Positions 28,128 through 37,244 of a DNA stretch of 64,000 nt are shown in pieces (within the stretch, counting starts at the first letter, position 1; the number at the start of each line of letters is the position of its first letter). The notes beneath the pieces are model-generated. The model was not told the origin of the DNA. It ran no database searches and saw only the letters and a program-made list of their open reading frames with translations. Origin of the DNA: an uncultured bacterium (GTDB lineage Bacteria > Eisenbacteria > RBG-16-71-46); contig CAYQNV010000079.1 of assembly GCA_964418975.1 (NCBI GenBank), forward strand, positions 11,938 through 75,937, read 5' to 3'. The position numbers were made by a program, and so were the translations under genes.

Positions 28128-30389
28128 TCAGCGGCTGACCACCAACCTTCGGCCGAAGTGCTCGCCACTGGCTTCCACCCGCATCAGGTAGAGACCCGCG
28201 TTCACATTGCGTCCGTGTGTGTCCGTGCCCTTCCACTCCAAATAGTGCACGCCCGCGCCGTGCGCCTCGTCGGCGACCACCGCGACCAGCCGACCGGCGA
28301 CGTCGTGCACGGTGGCACGCACCCAGCCGTCGCGCGGCAACTCGACCGCGAGGCGCGCGCCACCTCGGGTCGGGTTCGGAGCGAATGCGCTCACGCGCAG
28401 CGCCGACGGCGGCGCCGAGCGCGGCGTGTCCAGCGTGGGCTGCTGGCCGCCCACGAAATTCGCTTTCGCATTGGTCGAACCCGACATTCCCGCGAACGTG
28501 CCGCCCGGCGCCCCCACGAAGTCGAACCGGTAGGTGATGTCGAAGAAGCTGTCTACCGCCCAGTCCCCGGTGGCCTGCATCGTGTAGGAAGTGTGGCCGA
28601 GGCTCGGCATGCCGAAGCCGGTGCCGGCTGTGATGCGCAGCAGGTCGAAGTCAGGATCGCCCAGTGGAAGCTGGGCGTTCGTCTGCCAGACGAGCGTCTC
28701 GAAGTGTTGCGTGGGATCGAATGGCGTGCGAGGCGCGGTGTGCGTTTCGAACGGGCCGATCATTGCGAACGTGCGATTGTATCCAGCGAAGATCCCGGTG
28801 CCGTGCAACGCGACTCGATACTGCACATCCGACGCTTCTATGTTGCCGCCGAGCGTCCCGCCCGGCACCGCACTGATGAGAGAGAGCGGCACGATCTCGA
28901 TATCCGCGAGCAGCGGCGAGCCGATCGGCACGCCGCTGATCAGCCCCTCCGCGTGACGCACGCTTGCGTAGGGCGAGCCGCAGAACGGCGGGAAGTCCGC
29001 GGTGCCCGCGCCGTTGTCGGGCGCGTTGCAAGATCCTTCGCGCTCGTGTCCTTTCTGCGCGCGCGTCTCGCCGGTGGTGGAGCCGGACAATCCCGTGAGC
29101 GGGCCCCCGAGAGCGCCGACCATGTCGATTCGATAGGTGACGTCGAAGAAGCTGTCGATCGACCACAGTCCGCCGGGTGCGTACGTGAGCGACGTGTGCC
29201 CCGGGGTCGGCATACCGAAGCCGGAGCCGCTCGAGATCCGCAGCAGATCGAAATCGGGGTCTGCGATGAGCTGGCCGAATTGCGTGTTCAACTGCGCCGG
29301 CATGCCCTGGTGCGAAGCCAGGCTCATGGGCGGCCCCAGGTCGCGATCCCACTGCGTCAGCATGGACCCGAAGTAGCTGTATCCGGAAAGACCGCCCTCC
29401 CCGTGCAGTTCGAGCACAAGCGTCTCGGTGTTGTCCATGGTCGAGCCGCCCAGCGTGCTGCCCGACCCAAACACCGGAGGAACCGGATCCACGAACCAAT
29501 TGAGCCGCCCGACGATGAAGTCGCCGCTGCCGACCGCGCCTTCCCACACGAGCACGTCATGGAGCGTCATGAGTTGAGTCAGCGGCTGGTGGATGTCGGC
29601 CGTGGCGCCGCCGTTGTCGGGCACGAGCAGCGGATCGATCCACGCGCGGCCCGCGCGCTGGCGGTGCGCCGACACCGTGCTGCCCGACAACAGGGCGAAC
29701 GGGCCACCCGGATTGCCGACGAAATCGATGCGATAGACGATGTCGAAGAAGCTGTCCACGTGCCAGTCGCCGCTCGAGTGCTGCGTGAGCGTGGTACGTC
29801 CCGGGCTCGGCAGGGCGAAGTCGCTGCCGGCCGTGATGCGCAACAGATCGAAGTCGGGATCGCCGGTGATCTGTCCGAACAGCTGGAACAGGTCGATGGC
29901 GAAGTTCTGGGGATTCGTGCCGGGCACCTGGGGACCGGTATGGAACGCGCCCACCCCGATGGGCATGTTGATCGTACGCGAGTACCCCGCGAAGGCGCCG
30001 ATGCCGTTGATCTCCAACCCGATGCGTCCGTTGATCGTCGTCGCCTCGCCGCCGAGCGCGCCGCCCGGAACGTCCGAGACGATGGAGAGATCGAAGATCC
30101 GGAGCTTGCCGATCAGCGATGATCCGGCGGGGAGCCCATTGCGGATCAGCAGGATCCCATCGTGGCTGCTGAACCCGCGGGTTCCCTCGGGCGGGAAGCC
30201 GCCGTTGCCACCGGGATCCGAGACGGAGTAGCTCGGCATCGTTGACCACGCAGGCTGTGACGACGCGTTGGAAGGGCAGAGTGCGCCGCATACGGACAAC
30301 ACCAGGAGCGCGCGAATCAGGACATGGCGCGCCGGCGCAAGAGTGCGGTTCGGCCGTGCCGCTCGTGAAAGGCGTGGCGAGGAGCCCAT
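28128..30389 (-). CDS. Secreted protein with three ~200-aa tandem repeats and a T9SS-type C-terminal sorting domain
   Basis: Signal peptide. The repeat hallmark GDPDFDLLRITAG...DSFFD(I/V)(T/V)YR(I/F)D(F/M)VG..GG......SGST occurs three times (aa ~176, 376, 577). C-terminal ...PNPTRGGARLAVELPRDGWVRATVHDVAGRLV...AGLYLMRVEASGEHFGRRLVVSR resembles the Por_Secre_tail / FlgD-Ig-like sorting domain. Confidence 0.75.
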   Translation of the reverse strand: MGSSPRLSRAARPNRTLAPARHVLIRALLVLSVCGALCPSNASSQPAWSTMPSYSVSDPGGNGGFPPEGTRGFSSHDGILLIRNGLPAGSSLIGKLRIFDLSIVSDVPGGALGGEATTINGRIGLEINGIGAFAGYSRTINMPIGVGAFHTGPQVPGTNPQNFAIDLFQLFGQITGDPDFDLLRITAGSDFALPSPGRTTLTQHSSGDWHVDSFFDIVYRIDFVGNPGGPFALLSGSTVSAHRQRAGRAWIDPLLVPDNGGATADIHQPLTQLMTLHDVLVWEGAVGSGDFIVGRLNWFVDPVPPVFGSGSTLGGSTMDNTETLVLELHGEGGLSGYSYFGSMLTQWDRDLGPPMSLASHQGMPAQLNTQFGQLIADPDFDLLRISSGSGFGMPTPGHTSLTYAPGGLWSIDSFFDVTYRIDMVGALGGPLTGLSGSTTGETRAQKGHEREGSCNAPDNGAGTADFPPFCGSPYASVRHAEGLISGVPIGSPLLADIEIVPLSLISAVPGGTLGGNIEASDVQYRVALHGTGIFAGYNRTFAMIGPFETHTAPRTPFDPTQHFETLVWQTNAQLPLGDPDFDLLRITAGTGFGMPSLGHTSYTMQATGDWAVDSFFDITYRFDFVGAPGGTFAGMSGSTNAKANFVGGQQPTLDTPRSAPPSALRVSAFAPNPTRGGARLAVELPRDGWVRATVHDVAGRLVAVVADEAHGAGVHYLEWKGTDTHGRNVNAGLYLMRVEASGEHFGRRLVVSR
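28470..30120. repeat. Three tandem ~600-bp coding repeats (diverged, intragenic)
   Basis: Protein-level period of about 200 aa. It causes the multiple overlapping alternative-frame ORFs in the track (for example 28651..29547 and 29557..30405). Confidence 0.65.
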
Positions 30390-30696
30390 GGGCGTCCTCC
30401 TTCACTCGCGAAGCCTCAGACGCGGGCCGGCCGGGATGCTCCCGGTCGTGCCGACGGCGTGACGAGGGGGACTCGCGGCCCGCAACCTGGGCTGGAACGC
30501 TGGTCGGCGCCTCGACGCTAGCACGGGAGCTTCAGGTTGGTTCGTTAAATCCGCGGGGTGGGCGGACCGTGAGCGGGGCCGGCAGTTTCGCGTTACTGCC
30601 CGCGGCGAGTCGGGCGGATACTGCCGGACGGCTTCGACACCGGATGCCGGCGAACGCTAGGCGCAACTTGCCCCTCACGCAGCGAGCGAGGATGAC

Positions 30697-32082
30697 ATGA
30701 CGAACCTGCAGGTCACGCAACTCGAGGGGTTGAAGGGCAGCTTCAAGGGCGAGATCGTTCTCCCAAGCGACGCCACGTACGACAGTGCGCGCAAGATCTG
30801 GAACGCGATGATCGACAAGCGCCCCGCGGTCATCCTGCGCTGCGCCACCACTTCGGATGTCGTCAGCGCGGTAAACTTCGCGAGGGGGACTGGCCTCGCG
30901 GTCGCCATCCGCGGGGGCGGCCACAACATCGCCGGCAATGCCGTGTGCGATGACGGCATCGTGATCGACTTGTCGCAGATGAAGCGCGCGACCGTGGACC
31001 CTTCAACTCGTCGCGTCACCATCGAAGGCGGCGCAACGCTGGCCGACCTCGACGCCGCGACTCAGGCGTACGGGCTCGCCACGCCGGTCGGCATCAACTC
31101 CACCACCGGCATCGCGGGACTGACGCTGGGTGGCGGCTTCGGCTGGCTGAGTCGCAAGTACGGCATGACCGTGGACAACCTCGAGTCGGCCGAGGTGGTG
31201 ACCGCGGCGGGCGAGGTGGTGCGCGCCAGCGCGACCGAGCATCCCGACCTGTTCTGGGCGCTTCGCGGCGGCAGCGGCAACTTCGGCGTGGTCACCCGCT
31301 TCGAGTACCGGCTTCACCTGGTCGGCCCCGAGTTGCTGAGCGGGCTGATCGTCTATCCCATCGCCGCGGCGAAGTCGGTGCTCCAGCAGTATCGCGAGTT
31401 CGTCGCGAACGCCCCGGACGAGCTCACCGTATGGGCCGTGCTTCGCCAGGCGCCTCCGCTGCCGTTCCTGCCCGAGGAGTTTCACGGCAAGGGAATGGTC
31501 GCGTTGGCGTTGCTCTATGCCGGTGACCCGAAACAGGGCGAGCCGCTGATCGAGCCGCTGCGCCGGTTCGGCACGCCCATCGGGGAGCATGTCGGCGTCC
31601 AGCCGTACACCGCCTGGCAGCAGGCGTTCGATCCGCTGCTCGCCCCCGGGGCACGCAACTATTGGAAGTCCCACAATTTCACGACGCTCCCGGACGGCTT
31701 GCTCGATACCGTGATCGACTCCATCGGCAAGCTACCGTCCCCGCAGTGCGAGATCTTCTTCGGCGCCATCGGCGGCGCCACCACGCGGCCGGCTCCGGCA
31801 TCAGCGGCCTACGCCCACCGCGATACGCAGTACGTGATGAACGTGCACGGCCGCTGGGAGGACGCCGCCGAGGACGAAAGCTGCGTCCGCTGGGCTCGCG
31901 AGTTCTTCAAGGCGTCGGCCCCGTTCGCCTCGGCTGGTGTCTACGTGAACTTCCTCACCGCCGACGAAGGTGATCGCGTGCGTGCCGCCTACGGCCCGAA
32001 CTACGAGCGACTCTCGCAGGTGAAACGCAAGTACGACCCGTTGAACCTGTTCCGCGTGAACCAGAACATCGCGCCGGCTTGA
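30697..32082 (+). CDS. FAD-linked oxidoreductase (PCMH-type FAD-binding, BBE/VAO-like)
   Basis: N-terminal FAD-binding domain (AVAIRGGGHNIAGNAV, ESAEVVTAAGEVVRAS...WALRGGSGNFGVVTRFEY). C-terminal BBE-like region (…YVNFLTADEGDRVRAAYGPNYERLSQVKRKYDPLNLFRVNQNI). Confidence 0.85.
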   Translation: MTNLQVTQLEGLKGSFKGEIVLPSDATYDSARKIWNAMIDKRPAVILRCATTSDVVSAVNFARGTGLAVAIRGGGHNIAGNAVCDDGIVIDLSQMKRATVDPSTRRVTIEGGATLADLDAATQAYGLATPVGINSTTGIAGLTLGGGFGWLSRKYGMTVDNLESAEVVTAAGEVVRASATEHPDLFWALRGGSGNFGVVTRFEYRLHLVGPELLSGLIVYPIAAAKSVLQQYREFVANAPDELTVWAVLRQAPPLPFLPEEFHGKGMVALALLYAGDPKQGEPLIEPLRRFGTPIGEHVGVQPYTAWQQAFDPLLAPGARNYWKSHNFTTLPDGLLDTVIDSIGKLPSPQCEIFFGAIGGATTRPAPASAAYAHRDTQYVMNVHGRWEDAAEDESCVRWAREFFKASAPFASAGVYVNFLTADEGDRVRAAYGPNYERLSQVKRKYDPLNLFRVNQNIAPA

Positions 32083-32106
32083 GGACGTGGGGGCTGCGGA
32101 GCTCCG

Positions 32107-33294
32107 TCAGCCCTCGCGCGCCCAGCGCCACAGTTCGGGCAGCGTCAGCTCCTTGCCGTACATGAGCATGCCGATGCGGAACGCCTCGCCGGCCGCGCGG
32201 CGCAGCAGCATCGTCGTGCCGAGCAGCACGAGCAGTGCCACCGGCGCCTCCCAGGCCTGGGTGGCCCCCAGCATCATCCGCATGGGGAGGAGCATGGGCG
32301 AGAACAGCGGGAAGTGACTCAACGCCATCACCCAGGGTGCGTCGGGCGTGCGCAGCGCGCTCTCGGCGAAGAAGAACGGGATCATCGGCACGAAGAACAG
32401 GTAGGCTTGGAGCTTCTGCGTGCTCTGCAGATCTTTCACCGTCGCCATCACCAGGGCGAACAACGCGCAGAACTGGACGAAGCCGATCATGGCGAACGCC
32501 AGCACGGCCCCCAGCAGCGGCAGGTTGATGCGAAGTGACAGCACCAGGCCCAGCATGCCCGCGAAGATCGCGAGCGATACGCCCCACAGCGCCGCTTGGA
32601 GAATTCCGACCGAGGCGTACGCGACGATCTTGCCGTCCATCCACGACTGCGGTCGGATCGCCGAGACCACCACTTCGGTGACCCGCTGCTGTTTCTCGCC
32701 GCTGATCCCGACCGCCATGTACATGCCGGTCGTGAACACCGACAGCATCATGAGCGAGAGCAGGCCGAACGCCGCCAATCGGTCGCTGCGCGAGATGCGC
32801 GACGCGAGCACGCTTCGGTCGGACCACGCAAGCTTGCGGTCGAACGAGGCGAGCGAGGCCGAGTCGAGTCCGTGCACGGCTGCCCGCCGCAGTCGAGCGT
32901 GGTGCGCGAACTGGCTCTTCACGTCCGCCACCCAGCCGGGCGTGCCGCGCCGCACCAGCACGCGCAGGCTCTCGCCTTCGAGCCAGCCGCTCGGAACGCG
33001 CAGCGCAGCGTCCACCTCACGCGCCGCGACCATGCGCTCGAGCGCTGCGTCGTCCGCACCGGTCGGCGGCGTCACCCACGTGACCCGCGCCGGCGGAGGC
33101 ACGGAGTCCCCTGCCGGCTGGACGATCGCCACGCGGTGCCGCTCGCGCTCGCCGCGCGACTTGGCCCAGTTCGCCACGAACCCTCCGCCGATCGCCAGCA
33201 CCGGCACCAGCAGTGTCGAGATCAGGAAGTCGGCCCGCTTGAGCATGCGGATGAGTTCCCAGCGCGCGACCGGCAACCACTCGAGCCTAGGCAT
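32107..33294 (-). CDS. ABC-2 type transporter permease
   Basis: Six-TM ABC-2 permease topology with a large first extracytoplasmic loop. Its start overlaps the stop of the ATPase gene by 8 nt. Confidence 0.7.
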   Translation of the reverse strand: MPRLEWLPVARWELIRMLKRADFLISTLLVPVLAIGGGFVANWAKSRGERERHRVAIVQPAGDSVPPPARVTWVTPPTGADDAALERMVAAREVDAALRVPSGWLEGESLRVLVRRGTPGWVADVKSQFAHHARLRRAAVHGLDSASLASFDRKLAWSDRSVLASRISRSDRLAAFGLLSLMMLSVFTTGMYMAVGISGEKQQRVTEVVVSAIRPQSWMDGKIVAYASVGILQAALWGVSLAIFAGMLGLVLSLRINLPLLGAVLAFAMIGFVQFCALFALVMATVKDLQSTQKLQAYLFFVPMIPFFFAESALRTPDAPWVMALSHFPLFSPMLLPMRMMLGATQAWEAPVALLVLLGTTMLLRRAAGEAFRIGMLMYGKELTLPELWRWAREG

Positions 33295-34258
33295 GCGTTT
33301 CCTCCGCGGCAGGTGTGCCGCGCGTCCCGGCGACTGCGCGCACGTAGATCTCGTGGAGTCGCATCGCACGCATCGTCACGCGCTGGACCTGGGCGAGTGT
33401 GGCGGCCTCGGCGAGCAGCGGCGACACGTCAACGCCTTCGGGCACGAGCACGTCCACGCGTATGGCGCCGCCCGGCAACGGCTCCACCTCGGCGACAGCG
33501 CCGCCGAGCCGCGCCGCCAGCCGCGCGCCGACGACCGATGCGGCAAGCCCGTCGCGTGGCCGCAGCTCAAAGCTCGCCACGTCGCTCGCTCCACCGATCG
33601 TGCGGCGCACCTCGGCAAGCGTGCCCGCGAGGAGCTCGCGGCCGCGCGCGATGAGCAGGAAGCGGTCACACAGGCGCTCCACCAGGTCGAGATGGTGCGC
33701 CGAGAGCAGCACGGCCGCGCCGCGGTCGCGCTGCTCGCGGATCAGCTCCATGAACAACTCTTGGTTGAGCGGGTCGAGGCCAGCGAACGGCTCATCCAGC
33801 ACCGCCACGGCGGGCTGGTGGAGCACCGCGCCCGCGAACTGCACCTTCTGCTGGTTACCCTTGGAGAGCGTGTTGAGCTTGGCCTTGAGCTGGCCGCCCA
33901 GCTCCAGGCGCTCGAGCCAGACCCGCCCGGCGCGACGCGCCTCGGAGAGCTTCATGCCGCGAAGCGCGCCGAGGTACTCGAGCGTGTCGAGCAGCGAGGC
34001 GTCTTCGTAGAGTCCGCGCTCCTCCGGTAGGTAGCCCACGCGCGAGCGGTCGAGTCGCTCGCGGCCCTCGAAGCGCACGGTCCCACGATCCGGACGTGTG
34101 ATCCCGAGCAGCATGCGGAGTGTGGTGGTTTTGCCGGCTCCGTTGGGGCCCAAGAAGCCGAAAATCTCGCCCGGCCGCACCTCGAACGACAGTCCGTCCA
34201 CCGCGGCCAAGTCACCGAAGTGCTTAACCACGGACTCCACCACGAGCATGGATTCCAT
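33287..34258 (-). CDS. ABC transporter ATP-binding protein
   Basis: Walker A GPNGAGKTT, signature LSKGNQQKVQFAGA, Walker B LLDEPFAGLDP. Confidence 0.85.
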   Translation of the reverse strand: MESMLVVESVVKHFGDLAAVDGLSFEVRPGEIFGFLGPNGAGKTTTLRMLLGITRPDRGTVRFEGRERLDRSRVGYLPEERGLYEDASLLDTLEYLGALRGMKLSEARRAGRVWLERLELGGQLKAKLNTLSKGNQQKVQFAGAVLHQPAVAVLDEPFAGLDPLNQELFMELIREQRDRGAAVLLSAHHLDLVERLCDRFLLIARGRELLAGTLAEVRRTIGGASDVASFELRPRDGLAASVVGARLAARLGGAVAEVEPLPGGAIRVDVLVPEGVDVSPLLAEAATLAQVQRVTMRAMRLHEIYVRAVAGTRGTPAAEETHA

Positions 34259-34318
34259 GGCGCGGCATCCTAGCATTCGCGCGCGCGCCGGGGCGTGCGG
34301 TCGAGTCTGTCCGCCCGG

Positions 34319-36004
34319 CTACGGCTTCTCGCCCAGTCGCGCCAGTATCGTGCGGGCCGCCAGGCCGCGCGGGTTGACCGCCAGCGCCTTTCTCAGGCAC
34401 TCGACGGCGCGCGCTCGCTCGCCACGGATCGCGTTCGCTTCGCCGAGCACGCGCCACGCCGAGTAGGAATCGGGGGCGACACGCACGAGCGCCTCGCCAA
34501 GTGCGGCAGCGTCCTCGGGGCGGCGGTCGTCGAGGAGCGAACTCGCGAACGTCAGCACACGTCCTTCGAGTCCCTGGACCCACGGATTCGGGAATCGGCG
34601 GCGCCACGCCTCGCGCACTGCGACCGCCGCCTCGGGCCCGGTCTTGCGGCTCGCCGCCAGCATGCGTTCACCGAGCGAGCCGTCGCGCGCCGACTCCAGC
34701 GCCGCCTCAATCGCCGCGTCGCGGCCGGTCCGCCAGTCCGCGAGCGTGGAGGGCGTCGCCACTTCGGGCGCGATCCAAGCGCGATCGTCTGATGGATAGC
34801 GGCCACTCCAGAACAGCGTCGAGACCTGCGCCATCATGCCGAGGTTCGGGGTGTTGAACTCGGGCGCGTCGCCGTAGTGATTCACGCGACCTCCCGTTGG
34901 CTCGCCCACGAACGTGACGCGAGTCTGGTTCTCGAGGAACACCGCCGCGTTCATGGCCGCCGAGAACGTGCCGCGGTCAACGAGCGCGAACAGCCCCCCC
35001 TCGCGATCCAGCCACGGCCGCTGGACGATGCCGCGCACGAGCGCATCCAGGACGCCGTTGTTCCCGCCATGGTTCTGTCGCAGGTCGATCACCAGCGCCC
35101 AGGGCTTGAGGCTGTCGGCCGCGGCGAACAGTCGCCGGTAGAACTCGAAGTAGAGGACGTCGTTCGAAGCCACGTCCACGCTGCGCATGCGCAGGTAGAG
35201 CACACGCGCGGCCGGCAGGTACTCGAACCACCACGCGTCCTCGGGACGCCGGTCGCAGCGCGGCGGGCCACCCGCGCCGAACCGGCGGGCCGAGGTCCAG
35301 CCCTCCGGGAACCGCGGTTCGCTCTCGAGGAATGCGTGCGGGTAACCGGGCGGCGGTGCGCCGCCGGTGACCGTCACGCGTTCGCGCTTGCCACCCGGCC
35401 GTTCGATCTCGAGTGTGACTTTCCCGCGATCGGTGGCCAGTCCGAGCGTGTGCCACACCGCGGGCAGCATGAGGAACAGCGGGGCGCGATCGAGGCGCGT
35501 GTAGCGGTTGTCGCCGCTGGTCATGGAGAGCACGCGTTCGAGCGCCTGGTCCGCGGGCACTCCGCCAAGACTCACCACCCGCGTCCCCGCCAGCCCGACG
35601 GCCTCGCCGCTTGCGGCGCCCACGTAGAGCCCGTCCTCGAACGGGCGAATCCACAGCGGCAGCACGGAGTCGAACCCGAGCTGAGGAAGTGTCCCGATGA
35701 GCATGGTATGGCCATCCCCGAGCAACGCGACCATGCGCATGCATTCGACCGCCAGCCCGGCGTCGTCCGTGCGCGGGATGCGCTGCTCGATCGCCGCGGC
35801 GGCCGAGTCGAACGCGGTGCGGGAGGCGAACGCGAACGGCCGCGGGTGGGTCGTGGTGATGCGCTCGACCACGAAGCGGAGATCCTCGCGCCAGCGGCGC
35901 ACGCGAGCGGTATCGGCGAGCGAGTCGCTACGGGCCATTCGCGGGTCCGGGAGGGTGGCGAGCAACATCAGCAGGAATGCCAGGGCAGCTGGCGGCCGAA
36001 CCAT
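34319..36004 (-). CDS. Secreted S41-family (C-terminal processing/tricorn-like) peptidase with C-terminal TPR repeats
   Basis: Signal peptide. LVIDLRQNHGGNNG is an S41 hallmark. C-terminal TPR-like helices (…YSAWRVLGEANAIRGERARAVECLRKALAVNP…). GGGGAGGAAGC RBS before the ATG at 36002..36004. Confidence 0.6.
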   Translation of the reverse strand: MVRPPAALAFLLMLLATLPDPRMARSDSLADTARVRRWREDLRFVVERITTTHPRPFAFASRTAFDSAAAAIEQRIPRTDDAGLAVECMRMVALLGDGHTMLIGTLPQLGFDSVLPLWIRPFEDGLYVGAASGEAVGLAGTRVVSLGGVPADQALERVLSMTSGDNRYTRLDRAPLFLMLPAVWHTLGLATDRGKVTLEIERPGGKRERVTVTGGAPPPGYPHAFLESEPRFPEGWTSARRFGAGGPPRCDRRPEDAWWFEYLPAARVLYLRMRSVDVASNDVLYFEFYRRLFAAADSLKPWALVIDLRQNHGGNNGVLDALVRGIVQRPWLDREGGLFALVDRGTFSAAMNAAVFLENQTRVTFVGEPTGGRVNHYGDAPEFNTPNLGMMAQVSTLFWSGRYPSDDRAWIAPEVATPSTLADWRTGRDAAIEAALESARDGSLGERMLAASRKTGPEAAVAVREAWRRRFPNPWVQGLEGRVLTFASSLLDDRRPEDAAALGEALVRVAPDSYSAWRVLGEANAIRGERARAVECLRKALAVNPRGLAARTILARLGEKP

Positions 36005-36327
36005 GCTTCCTCCCCGAGTCGGGTGCGGAACGTGTACCCGGCCCACCCGACGGACGGAATGGCGGGCGAGTTCGCCCTCGGGCGACCGACGCGGGGGATG
36101 GAGCGCCCAGCGCCGCCTCAAGTTCGCGTGGACCTGAGCAGCGCCGCGAGCTCCATGCCGAGCCTGGGGTGTGCGTCGAAAGCGCGCACAAACGCGTCCC
36201 CACACCGTCAATCCCGCCCCGGAATCAGCCGCGAGCCCGGCTAGAGGCTTGTGCGTGCGGGCCACCCGCAGGACAATAGTCACGCAGCGCTCCCTGCGCT
36301 CGGCGGGCCACGCCCGCCTGGAGGTGC

Positions 36328-37155
36328 ATGATCATGATTCCTCTCCACCGGCTTGCCCTGTCGGCAGCCGTGCTGGCACTGGCGTTTGGCGTCGCGTGGC
36401 CATCCGCAGCTGGCGCCGAGCCCGAGGGGCGCGGCAAGAATCGCCGAGGCCAATCGTCCGAAGCTCGCGGCGGTCAATCCGGCAAGCGCGAGTACTCCCG
36501 GAGCGAGAGAACCCGATCGTCCAGCGAGCGCGGGTATGCCCATCGCGTGCACGAGCGTGAGCGCACGATCCGGCGTGACCACGGCTCGCGAGAACGTGCC
36601 GTTTGGCGTGACTCGGGCTCACGTGGCTCGGGCTCGCGTGACCGCGGAACGTGGCGTGACCGCGTCGTGCAGCGTGACCCTGCGTCCCGTGGCCAAGGCT
36701 CGCGCGATCTCGCGGACCGGCGTAGCTCGGGTTCGCGAGGAGAAGTGCGCTATAAGGGGCCCCGAGAGGACCATGGGGCAGACCGGCGGTGGCGCGATTC
36801 GGACGGACGGAGCGATGCGCCTTTGCATCAGTCGTGGACCGACTCACGATATGAAGGCCCGAGCTATTCCCGCCACCACGGGCGACCCTACTACACCGGT
36901 TCGTTCCACCGTCCCAGGTACCTCTACCGGAGCGGGTTCTCGCTCGGGATCGTGATCGGCTCGGTGCCGTGGTACGGATACCGATACTTCGATCCCTACT
37001 GCGATCTGGAATTCCGAAACCTCGACATCTATTACGACCACTGCTACGACCACGGTCATGCTGAGACGATTCTCGTGCTGGACCGCCGTTCCGACCATCC
37101 GTTCGCGTCTTGCATCTACCGCGATGGGGATTGGGTCATCGACGACTGCTACTGA
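36328..37155 (+). CDS. Secreted Arg/Ser/Asp-rich low-complexity protein with a Cys/Tyr-rich C-terminal domain
   Basis: Signal peptide, then about 150 aa of RS/RD/RE dipeptide-rich sequence (SRSERTRSSSERGYAHRVHERERTIRRDHGSRERAVWRDSGSRGSGSRDRGTWRDR…). The last ~90 aa form a globular domain with 4 Cys and many Tyr. Confidence 0.5.
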   Translation: MIMIPLHRLALSAAVLALAFGVAWPSAAGAEPEGRGKNRRGQSSEARGGQSGKREYSRSERTRSSSERGYAHRVHERERTIRRDHGSRERAVWRDSGSRGSGSRDRGTWRDRVVQRDPASRGQGSRDLADRRSSGSRGEVRYKGPREDHGADRRWRDSDGRSDAPLHQSWTDSRYEGPSYSRHHGRPYYTGSFHRPRYLYRSGFSLGIVIGSVPWYGYRYFDPYCDLEFRNLDIYYDHCYDHGHAETILVLDRRSDHPFASCIYRDGDWVIDDCY

Positions 37156-37244
37156 CGCAAGGTTCGGCTTCGGCGCGCCCGCTCGCGCCGCATACTTCGC
37201 CGCCGCCGGTGAGTACCCCACTCCCGGCGGCGTTTGGTTGGCCC

